Shown here one piece after another: positions 52,980-64,000 of a DNA stretch of 64,000 nucleotides (positions are counted from its first letter, which is position 1; the number at the start of each line of letters is the position of its first letter). The notes below the pieces were generated by a model. That model did no database searches. It saw only the letters and a list, made by a program, of their open reading frames with translations, and was not told where the DNA came from. Position numbers and translations under genes: made by a program. Source of the stretch: the human T2T-CHM13v2.0 reference genome, Homo sapiens; the NCBI RefSeq assembly GCF_009914755.1, contig NC_060930.1; one strand, given 5' to 3'.

Positions 52980-55900
52980 TGAAACATTCTTGGATCCCTG
53001 GGATGAATGAAACTGGATCGTGGTGTACTATCTTTTTCATGTGCTGTTGAATTTGATTTGCCAGTATTTTGTTGATGAATTTATTGATGAATTTCCCTAT
53101 GTTCATTGCTAATACTGGCTTGTAGTTTCCTTTATTTGTTGTCTTTGTCTGGTTTTGGTATGAGGGTAATGCTGGCCTCATAGAATGTGTTTGGGAGAAT
53201 TCTCTCCTCTTCAGTTTTTCAGAATTGAGAAAAATCTGTGTTTGGTCTTTTTTAAAAGTTCGGTAGAATTTGTCAGTAAATCCATTTGGGCTTTTTTTGA
53301 GGGGAGACTTTTTATTATGGCTTCAACCTCTTTGTTCATCATTGGTCTGTTAAGGTTTTCTAGCTCTTCTTGGCTCAATTTTGGTAGGTTATATGTGCCG
53401 AGAAATTCATCCATTTTCTCTAGGTGTTCCAATTTGTTGGCATATAGTTGTTCATAATAGTCCCTAATGATCCTTTGTATTTCTGTGGTCTCAGTTGTTA
53501 TGTCTCCTTTTTCATTTCTGATTTAAATGTATGTGGGTCTTCTCTATTTTCTTCTAGTCTAGCTAATGGTTTTTTTCATAATTTTAAAATATTCTCCAAA
53601 GAAACTATTTTTAAATTTTTTGTATTGATACATAATAGATTTGCATATTTTCTGGGTACATGTGATAATTCAATACATTCATATAATTTGTAAAGATCTA
53701 ATCAGTGTGACTGTGATATCCATCACCTTAAAGATTTGTCTTTTCTTTATGCTAGAAAGATTTGAATTATTCTCTTCTTAGCTATTTTGAAATATGCAAT
53801 AGATCGTTGTATGCTATAGTCACCCTACAGATCTGTCAAACTCCAGGCCTTATTCTTCTATCATATTGTATATGGCTATATGTATGTATGTTTTTATTTT
53901 CTCCCCCTACTCCCCACTCTTTCCAACCTCTGGTAACAACCAATTTGTTTTCTTCTTAATAAGGTCCACTTTTTTTTTTAGCTCCTACATATAAGTGAGA
54001 ATGTATGGTATTTGTCTTTCTGTGCATGGCATATATTACTTAACATAATGACCATGAGTTCCATCCATGTTGCTGCAAATGACAGGATTTCATCCTTTTT
54101 TATGCTGAATAATACTCCATTGTGTATATATGCTACATTTTCTTTATCCAGTCATCCACTGATGGTCACTTACGTTGATTCCATTGTTTGCCTATTGTGA
54201 ATAGTGCTCCAATAAACATGACAATACAGATATCTCTTTAATATATTGATTCCCTTTCTTCTGGATAAATACCCAGCAGAGGAATTGCTGGATCATACGG
54301 GAGTTCTATTTTTAGTATTTTGAGGAACCTTCATACAGTTTTTCTTACTGGCTGTACTAATTTACATTCCCCCCAACAGTGTAAAGAGTTCCCCGTTCTT
54401 GACATTCCCACCGGCATCCTTAATTTCCTTTTTGGTAAAAGGCATTTAACTGGGGTAAGATGTTTCATTGTGGTTTGAATTTGCATTTCTCTGATTATAC
54501 ACCCATTGGCTATTTGTAAGTCTTCTTTGGAGAAATGTCTATTGGATCTTCTGCCCATTTTTAAATTGTATTATTTACTTTTTGTTATTGAGTTGAGTCC
54601 CTTATAATTCTGGTTATTAATCACTTGTCAGATAGATAGTTTGTGAATATTTTCTCCCATTCTGTGGGTTATCTCTTCACTTGGTTGATTGTTTCCTTGC
54701 TGTGCAAAAGCTTTCTAGCTTGATATAATCCCATTTGTCCATTTTTGCTTTGATCGTCTTTGCTTCTGAGGTCTTACACAAAAGATGCTTACCTAGACTC
54801 ATGTCCTGGAGCATTTTCCCCAATGATCTCTCCGGGTAGTTTCACAGTTTGGGGTCTTAAATTTAAGCCTCTAATCCATTTTTATTTGATTTTTGTAGAT
54901 GGTGAGAGGTAGGGGTCTAATTTCATTCTTCTGCACACACATGTCCAGTTTTCCTAGTACCATGTATTAAAGAGAGTGTTCTTTTCCCATTGTATGTTCT
55001 TGGCAACTTTTTCAAAAATGAGTTGGCTGTAAATGCATGGATTTATATCTGGGTTCTCTATTCTGTTTCATTGGTCTATGTGTCCATTTTTATGCCAGTA
55101 CCATGCTCATTTGGTTGCTATAGCTTCGTAATATATATTGAATCTAGTAGTGTGATGTCTCCAGCTTTGTTTTGTTTTGGGGTATTTTCTCTGCTCAAGA
55201 TTTCTTTGGGTATTTTGGGTCTTTCATGATTCCATATAATCTTCAGGATTTAAAAAAATATATATTTCTGTTAAGAATGTCATTGGTATTTTGATAAAGA
55301 TTGCATTGAATTTGTATGTTGCTTTGGGTGGTAACTTTAACAAAATTAGTTATTCCAATCCATGAGCATGGAGTATCTTTTTATTTTTTTCTGGTCTCTC
55401 CAAGTCCTTTTATCAGTGTTTTATAGTTTCCCTTGTATAGATCTTTCACTCCTTGGTTAAATTGATTCCTAGATATTTTATATTCTTTGTAACTTTTGTA
55501 GATGGGATTACTTTCTTGATTTCTTTTTCAGATTGATTGCTTTTGACATATATAATTATGACTGATTTTTGTATGTTGATTTTGTATCCTGCAACTCTAC
55601 TGAATTTGTTTATTAGTTCTAATGGTTTTTTTGCAGTAAATCTTTAGGCTTTTCTATATATAATATGATATCTTTGAACAAGACTAATTTGACTTCTTCC
55701 TTTCCAATTTGGATGCCCTTTGTTTATTTCTCTTACCTAATTGCTGTAGCCAGGACTTCCATTATTACATTGAATAAAAGTAGTAAAAGTGGGCATCCTT
55801 TTCTTGTTCCATATCGTAGAGGAAAGGCTTTCAATTTTCCCTGTTCAGTATTATATTAGCTGTGAGTCTTTCATATGTGGCCTTTGTTATTTTTAAGTTT

Positions 55901-56278
55901 ATTTTTCTATACCAGTGTGTTGGAAGTTTTTATCATAAAGGAATCTTGAATTTTGTCAAATGCTTTTTCAGTATCTACATGGTTTTTTTCTTGGTACTGT
56001 TAATATGATGTATCACATTTATTGAGTTGTATATGTGGAAACCTCCTTGCATCCCTGGGATGCATGCCACTTGATCATGGTGTATTATCTTTTTGAAGTG
56101 CTTTTGGATTCAGTTTGCTAGTATTTTGTTGATAATTTTTTCATATACGTTCTTCAGTGATATGGGCCTATAGTTTTCTTTTTTTGTTGTGTCCTTGTCT
56201 GATTTTGGTATCAGAGTAATGCTAGCCTTACAGAGTTTGCAAGTATTCTTTCTTCTACAAAAAATTTTTGAAGAGTTT

Positions 56279-57570
56279 CTGTTTAATTGTTTTAACCAAT
56301 TTTTGATTGAATTGTTTTCTTATTGATTTATGAGAGTTCTTTTTATATATCTGGATTCAACTTCTTTATCAGATGTATGCTTTGCAAATATTTTCTTCCA
56401 GCACACAAGTTGTCTTTTTGTTCTCTTAACAGTGCCTTTCAAAGAAAAGATATTTTTAAAATGTTTATGAGGTCCAGTTTTATCAATTTATTCTTTCATG
56501 GATCATGCTTTTGATGTCATATATAAAAAAAATTTGCCTAACCCAAGGTCACAAAATTTTTTCCTAGGTTTTCTTCTAGAAGTTTTATAGTTTTATGTTT
56601 TACATTTAGGTCCATGATAGTTTGAGTTAAATTTTGTTTATGCCATGAGATATGGATCAATTTTTGCAGTTGATATGATATGCAGTTGTTTCAGCACCAT
56701 TTGTTGAAAAGATTATCCTTCTTCCATTGGATTGCCTTTGTACTTTTGTGAAAAATCAGTTGTCTCCAAGGATATACAGAAAGCAAATAAACATATGCCA
56801 AATACCACATGATTAGTTCATTAGGAATGAAAATTAAAATAACAGTGATACCACTACACACCTATTAGAGTGGCTACAATGAAAAAGACTTATTATGTCA
56901 TGTGTTGGTGAGGATGTAGAGGAATTGGAGCATTCATCCACTGTTGATGGGAATGTAAAATGGTACAACCAATTTAGAGAACAGTTTGCCAGTTTCTCAA
57001 AAAGTCAAAGATACAAATGCCATATGTAGAGCCATTTCACTTCTAGGCATTTATCCAGAAGGAAAGAAAATGTATGTTCATACAATGACTTCGACATGAA
57101 TGTTGATAAGGGCTTTATATGTAAATACCCTAAACTGGAAATAACCCAAATGTTCACCTACAGTTCTTGGGTAAGCAAATGATGATGTACGCATACTACA
57201 GACTACTACTACTCAGCAATAAAAAGAAATGAATTACTGACACACTTAACAGCATGGATGCATCTAAAAAAAGTAATGTTGAATAAAAGAAACCAAACAA
57301 AAAGGAGTACGTACTTTATGTTTCCATTTATATAAAACTCTAGAAAATATACGTTTATTACATTTATAGTGACAGAAAGCATGGGGTGGGAGAGGTAAGA
57401 GAGGAATCGTAAAGAAGCATGAGAAAACTTTTGGGGTTGATGGGTATGTTCTTCACTGAAGTGATAGTGTTTCATGGGTGTACACATCTGTCAAAACTTA
57501 TTAAATTGTACACTTTAATAGTACATTTTTCAATATTAATTTTACTTCAATAAAGCTTCTAAAAACACAC
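56279..57570 (+). mobile_element. 5'-inverted L1MC/MD-like insert (56279-~56762 minus; ~56763-57570 plus)
   Basis: Plus part ends tatagtgacagaaagca...aaacttttggggttgatgg...tcaaaacttattaaattgtacacttt...caataaagct; flanked by aattttt(n)gaagagttt repeats. Confidence 0.8.
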
Positions 57571-58847
57571 AATTTTTTTTTGAAGAGTTTGAGTATAATT
57601 GGTTTTAGTTCTTTAAACATTTGGTAGAATTTAGCAGTGAAGCAACTGGGTCCTGGGCTTTTCCTTGATAGGAGACTTTTCATTATAGCTTCAATTTTGT
57701 TACTTACTATTGGTTTCTTGAAATTTTCCATTTCTTCATGGTTTAATCTTAGTAGATTTTATGTGTCCAGAAGCTTATCATTTTTTTCTAGGTTTCTAAT
57801 TTGTAGTTGTATAGTTGTTTATAATAATCTCTAATTATTTGTATGTCTCTGATCATATTTGTTAAGTGTCCTTTTCATTTCTAATTTTACTTATTTGGGT
57901 CTTCTCTCTTTTTTTCTTTGTCTAGCTAAAGGTTTGCCAATTTTGCTTATCTTTAAAAAACAGCCTTTTACATCTTCAGATTTCTAAAATATTTTTGTCT
58001 TTGTTTATTTCTGCTCTCATCTTTATAAACGTTCTAAAAATTTTGGGTTTAGCTTTTTTTTTCTTGCTTTTCTAATTCTCTGAGATACATCATTAGGTTG
58101 TTTATTTGAATTCTACTTTTGATTTAGGTGTTTATTGCTGTAAACTTTCCTCTGTGTACAGAGTTTCCTGTATCTCATATGATTTGGTATATGTTTAGTG
58201 TTTTTATTTTCACTAGTTTCAAGACTTTTTAATATTTACTTCTTAATTTCTTCATAGACCCATTTGTCATTCAGAAGCATGTTGTTTACTCTCCATACAT
58301 TTGTATTTTCAAAGTTCTTATTATTTCTGGTTTTATTACATTGTGATGTGAGAAAACAATAGGACTTTCATTTCTTGAAATGTGTTGAGACTTGTTTTGT
58401 GGCCTAATATATGGTTTATCCTGGAGAATGTTTCATGTGCTGATGAGAAGAATGTGTATATTACAGTTGATGAAATGTCTTGTCTCTTAGGTACATTTGC
58501 TCTGTAGTGCAGTTTAAGTCCAGTGTTTCTTGGTGAATTTTCTGTCTAGATGATTTTTCCAAACCTAAAAGTGGGGTATTGAAGTCCCCAGCTTTTATTG
58601 TACTGAGGTTTATCTGTCTCTCTTTAGCTAATATTTGCATTACATTTGTGGGTGTTTTGGTGTTGTGAGCATAAATATTTACAATTGTTAGATTATCTTG
58701 CTAAATTTATCATTTTATCAGTATATAATGACTTTCTGTATCTTTTTTTTTTTTTTTTTTTTTTACTTAAAGTCTGTTTTGTTTGATATAATTACACTAC
58801 TCCTGCACACTCTTGGTTTCCATTTGTGTGGAATATTTTCTTCCATT

Positions 58848-59589
58848 TGTCTTAGTCCATTTAGAGTTGCTTTAAAGAAATATCCAAGGCTGGGTAATTT
58901 TGGGGAAAAAAAAGGTTCGTTTAGTTCATGGTTCTACTAGAAAGTTCAGGATTGGATTTCTGGCAAGGGCCTCAGGCTACTTTCATCATGGTGGAAGGCA
59001 AAGGTGAACATGTGTGTGCAGAGATTACATAGTGAGAGGGGAAACAAGAGAGAGGGAAGGGAGGTGCTAAGCTGTTTTTAACAACCGGCCTTCACATAAA
59101 CGAATAAGAATGAGAACTCACAACTGGGCGCGGTGGCTCACGCCTGTAATCCCAGCAGTTTGGGAGGCTGAGGTGGGCAGATTACCTGATGTCAGGAGTT
59201 CAAGACCAGCCTGGCTAACATGGTGAAACCCAGTCTCTACTAAAAATACAAAAGATAGCCAGGCATGGTGGCACACTCCTGTAATCGCAGCTACTCAGGG
59301 GGCTGAGGCAGGAGAATTGCTTGAGCTGGGAGGCGGAGGTTGCAGTGAGCCGAGATCATGCCACTGCACTCCAGCCTGGCCAACACAGCGAGACTGTCTC
59401 AAAAAAAATAAATAAATAAATGAAAAAAAGAGAATGAGAACTCACTTCCCTGGTTGGGAGGGCGGGCGTTAAACTCTTCATGAGGGATCTGCACCCATGG
59501 CTCAAACACCTTCCATTAGGCCCCACCTTTAAAATTGGGGATCAAATTTATACTTGAGGTTCAGGGTGACAAATATCCAAACTATAGCA
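58848..59589 (-). mobile_element. MSTB-like MaLR solo LTR interrupted by an Alu
   Basis: tgtcttagtccattt...catgagggatctgc.cccatg..aaatatccaaactatagca. Confidence 0.88.
59122..59429 (+). mobile_element. AluS
   Basis: Full Alu; TSD agaatgagaactcac. Confidence 0.95.
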
Positions 59590-61086
59590 CCAGCCCTTCT
59601 CTTTCAGAAAGTCTGTTTCCTTGTAGGTGAAATTTCTTTTCAGCAGGATATAGTTGTTTCACTGTGTTTGTTTTGTTTTATTTATCATGTAGCCAGTCTA
59701 TATCTTTTAGGTGGGGAATTTAAACCCTTTACATTCAAAGTTGTTATTGTATTCATTTTGCTAATTGTTTTCTGATTATTTTGTATATCCTTTGTTTCTT
59801 TCTTCCTCTTTTATTGTTTATCTTTTCAGTCTTGTGGTTTTCTGTAGTGTTAATGTTTGGCTCCTATCTCTTTCTCATTTGTGTATTGTGGCAGAATATG
59901 AAACTCTGCCAATGAGTTTTATATTTTCATGTGTTTTCATGATGGTAGATATCATCCTTTCACTCACACATGCAGGGTTCCCTTAAACATTTCTTGTAGC
60001 ACTAGTCTAGTGGTGATGAATTTCCCTCAGTTTTTGCTTGTCTGGGAAAGATTTTATTTTTCATTTATTTATGAAGGATAGCTTTGCTGGGTATAACATT
60101 CTTGGCTGATAGTTGTTGTTTTTTCTTTCAGTACTTTGAAGATATCATCCTGTTCTCTCCAGGCCTGTATGGTTTCTGTTGAGAAATCTGCTATTAGTCT
60201 GATGGGGATTCTCTTGTATGTGATTGGATGCTTTTCTCTTGCTGTTTTCATAATTTTCTCATTGTCTTTGACTTTTGATAGTTTAACTATAACTTGCCTT
60301 AGAGAGGACCGTTTTGGGTTGAATCTATTTGGGGATTTGAACTTCCTGTATCTATATGTCTAAATATCTTTCTAGACTTGGGAAATTTTCAGCTATTATT
60401 TCGTTAAATAAATTATCTAGGACTTTTTCTATTTATTGTTCTTCTGGAACTCCCAAAATGCAAAACTTTTTTCACTTCGTGGTGTAGTGATGTCCCATGT
60501 GTCGGATAGGCTCTCTTCATTCTGTTTTATTCTTTTTTTTTTTTTTTTTGACTACGTAATTTTAAAGACCTGTCTTTGAGTTGAGAAATTCTTCTTATTC
60601 CTGCTTGATGTAGTCTGTTGTTGAAGTTCTCAATTGTATTTTTTTTTATTTCCCTCATTATATGTTTCAGTTACAAGATTTTTGTTTGGTTCTTTTATAT
60701 GCTATTTCTTTTTTAAAATTTCTCATTTGGATAATGAATTATTTTCCTGATTTATTTCTTCTGTAACCTGTTGAGTTTTCTTAAGATCATTATTTTGGAT
60801 TTCTTTTCAGGCATTTCATAGAATTTCTTTTCTTTTCACTGTTACTGGAGAATTATTGTGTTCCTTTGGAAGTGTCATGTTTTCTTGTTTTTCATGTTTC
60901 TTGTGAACAGGAACATTTCTTTCTGAGAAATTAGAGATCATTGAAAATTGCAAGATAGTATAACTTAATGTTTGTTATCATATATTGAATATTACCAAAT
61001 TTAAACTTCAAGTTCAAAGACTACTGGGAGCAAAATGAAACATACTTCAACATTACTGTTCTTCAAAATCAAGCCATCACCAGTGC

Positions 61087-61448
61087 TGTATTAGTCTATT
61101 TTCATGCTGCTGATGAAGACATACCCAAGACTGGGCAATTTACAAAAGAAAGAGGTTTAATGGACTTACAGCTCCACATGCCTAGGAAAGCCTCACAATC
61201 ATGGCAGAAGGCAAAAGGCACTTCTTACATGACAGCTGCAAGAGAGAGAATGAGAGTCAAGCTAAAGGGGTTTCCCCTTATAAAACCATCAGATCTTGTG
61301 AGACTTATTCACTACCATGAAAACAGTATGAGGGAAACCACCCCCATGATTCAATTGTCTCCCATCAGGTCCCTCCCACAACACTTGGGAATCATGGGAG
61401 CTACAATTCAAGATGAGATCTGGGTGGGGACACAGCGAAACTCTATCG
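61087..61448 (-). mobile_element. THE1 (B-like) solo LTR
   Basis: tgtattagtctattttcatgctgctgat...gacacagcgaaactctatcg; 5-bp TSD agtgc. Confidence 0.95.
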
Positions 61449-62305
61449 AGTGCTCACACATGCAGAAGAATTGCATAGACTTGCCATAAGTAGAATCTCA
61501 AGCTCAATTTTGTTTATAAATGTATTAACTTAAACAATCTTTGCTATTCACTCAACATGATATGTTTTTGGTAAGGCTTAGTGTGTCTCAAAGCTATTAA
61601 TATAGTGATATAGCCAATTCCATTGAGCAAGCATTGCCTTGCAGTGCCTAAAAATATACTCAGAATTGGTAGTGAGAGGACATTCTGATACTGAATCTTG
61701 CCAAACACACTATATTGCAGAAAATGTTACTATATTATCCAAAAGGTAAATGATCCCTTGCCAATTTATTGTTTCCATTATAATTTTATATTTTAATTAC
61801 TTAATATTATATATTGCTTTGTTAAGCATGCATTCTAAATATTGCTTCTGTTGTTAATAGACTGCTTTAACAATTATCATGGTATTAAATAAAAAGCAAA
61901 TAATTCATTTGAAAAGTATATATCTGTAATTGTTCAGAATTTTTTTTTTTTTAGTTTGGCTTATAGAGAGACCCATTTACTTTCATGGTCTTACTAAGAT
62001 GTGCATTTCTAAAATATTTTAGAAATCATGCATCTATACAACTGGGTTAAGCATTCAATAGAGAGAGGTCAAGGCCATCTTTTCAGTTTCTGACTTAAAT
62101 AAGAGAAGCATTTGAAAAAGGATACTTTTCTCATGAGAACGAGATAAATGAGTTGAATTTGAAATACACTGAGTTTGAAAGTGCCAGAGTAGAAAAGGAA
62201 TAAGTTGATTTGAAGTTCAAAAGAAAGGTCTAGACTGATGTCATTTGTCAGAATAACTGAAAAGGCATGGGTGGAGCTTAGACAATCCTGATGAACCTTG
62301 AAGAG

Positions 62306-62511
62306 CAGCACTGTTCAATAGAAATATAATATGAATCACGTATTATTTTATATTCTTCTAGTAGCCACATTTTAAAAAGTAAAATAAAATTGGTAAAATT
62401 AACTTTAATGAATTAACCTGATATATTTTAAATATCATCTTAACATGTGGTATCAGCCACATTTCAAACACAACCACAGGTAGCTGCTGGCTGCTGTGCT
62501 AGACAGTGCAG
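62306..62511. mobile_element. MER33/MER3-like hAT MITE within an L2 remnant
   Basis: cagcactgttcaatagaaatataat...ctagtagccacattttaaaaagtaaaa...tagacagtgcag. Confidence 0.75.
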
Positions 62512-63029
62512 GTGTAGAGAGAGAAGGGAGTGCTAAGAACAAAACCTGTGGGATCCCAACACTGAAAGAATGCGGGAGGATGCAGAAGACCCTCACATGG
62601 AGGCCAAGAGACACCTATCTAGATCTCAGCTTGTCCACAGGCGGTGAGCAGCATCTTCACATCTATGTCTCGGGTGTTACTTTCTAGATGGGTGACACTT
62701 GCAGGGTGAATTAGGAGATCTCTCATTCTGTCAGTGACGTAGACCTCCCTCCCCAAACCAGTTTCCATTGTAAGTATGGTCGTATTTGCCCTAGGTTACA
62801 AATTAGCCAGAGCCCTTGTAATGTAAGGCTTGTGGGTATATTTACCAACCACATCTTAATCAAAATAGTGTAATGTGGTAGCATCCCTGTAACAATATTA
62901 ACCATTTAGTAACATATTCTGTTGTCTCGGTTGGACCAAAACTTCAAATCTAGGAAGTGAAAATTTGAGAAAAGTATAAAACAACAATACCACTCCCTTG
63001 CTTAGTGCTTTGGGGTTTATTTGCAGTCA

Positions 63030-64000
63030 TTTTTTAATTTTTTTTTTTATTTTCATAGGTTATTGGGGCAAAGGTGGTATTTGGTCACAAGAGTAAGTTC
63101 TTTAGTGGTGATCTGTGAGATTTTGGTGCACCCATTACCCAAGTAGTATACATTGCACACAGTTTATAGACTTTTATCCCTCACCCCCTTCCCATCCTTT
63201 TCCCCTGTGTCCCCAAGGTCCATTGTGTCATTCTTATGCATTTGCATCCTCATAGCTTAGCTCCTACTTATGAATGAGAACACACAATGTTTGGTTTTCC
63301 ATTCCTGAGTTACTTCACATAGAATAATAGTCTCCAATCTCATCTAGGTTGCTGTGAATGCCATTAATTCATTCCTTTTTTATGGATGAATAGTATTCCA
63401 TTGTAAATATATACCACAGTTTCTTTATCCACTCGTTGATTGATGGGCATTTGGGTTGGTTCCATGTTTTTGCAATTGGGAATTGTGCTGCTATAAACAT
63501 GCATGTGCAAGTATCTTTTTCGTATAATGACTTCTTTTCCTCTGGGTAGATACCCAGTAGTGGGATTGCTGGATCAAATGGTAGTTCTACTTTTAGCTCT
63601 TTAAGGAACTGCCACACTGTTTTCCAGAGTGGCTGTACTAGTTTACACTCCCACCAGTAGTGGGATTGCTGGATCAAATGGTAGTTCTACTTTTAGCTCT
63701 TTAAGGAACTGCCACACTGTTTTCCAGAGTGGCTGTACTAGTTTACACTCCCACCAGCAGTGTAGAAGTGTTCCCTGTTCACTGCATCCATCCCAACATC
63801 TATTATTTTTTAATTTTTTTGATTATGGCCATTCTTGCAGGAGTAAGGTGGCATTGCATTGTGGTTTTGATTTGCATTTCCCTGATCATTAGTGATGCTG
63901 AGCATTTTTTCATATGTTTGTTTGCCATTTGTATGTCTTTTTTTGAGAATTGTCTATTCATGTACTTAGCTCACTTTTTATTGGAATTGTTTGGTTTTTT
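63030..64000 (-). mobile_element. L1PB-type 3' end (continues beyond the window)
   Basis: taagttctttagtggtgat..gtgagattttggtgcaccc; ORF 63369..63677(-) [14 protein letters not shown]...[13 protein letters not shown]. Confidence 0.92.

Larger units (their letters stand above)
46795..53590 (-). mobile_element. L1MA (MA4-like) element interrupted by an LTR (46877-47509) and an L1PA (49864-52979)
   Basis: 3' end tacaatgtgtaat|...gatcaaaccagagtaattagcat; ORFs 48584..48901(-), 52924..53181(-) and 53211..53432(-) are L1 ORF2p peptides. Confidence 0.88.
53605..60900 (-). mobile_element. L1MA (MA3-like) long element reaching ORF1, with nested insertions
   Basis: 3' end ttgatacataataga..tacatgtgataatt..gatatccatcaccttaaa; ORF 60069..60251(-) KTAREKHPITYKRIPIRLIADFSTET is L1 ORF1p. 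Confidence 0.85.

Overview
Primate (human-like) nuclear DNA that is AT-rich, intergenic or intronic, and dominated by interspersed repeats: AluJ/S/Y, L1PA/L1PB/L1MA/L1M, L2, L3/CR1, MIR, THE1/MST/MLT/ERVL LTRs, and Tigger/MER/hAT DNA transposons. It also holds several tandem repeats. I recognise no intact protein-coding gene, RNA gene or CpG island and cannot name the locus. Nearly all long ORFs in the track come from tandem repeats, L1 ORF1/ORF2 remnants, Alu or a decayed retrovirus. The most notable items are: (i) a decayed class III (ERV-L-like) pol followed in cis by a gamma-type env remnant at about 15.7-19.2 kb, with a VNTR at the pol/env junction; (ii) a TSD-flanked, 5'-inverted copy of an apparently older L1 family nested inside a younger L1MA at 56.3-57.6 kb; (iii) a 5'-inverted L1PA7-like element with a short putative 3' transduction; (iv) an unexplained paralogous segment at about 7.6 kb and 21.7 kb, one copy of which abuts a 0.9-kb minisatellite; (v) a few templated or tandem micro-rearrangements and candidate lncRNA/pseudogene exons. 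I found no evidence for a wholly new biological system. Subfamily names come from recalled consensus motifs and need RepeatMasker/Dfam confirmation.
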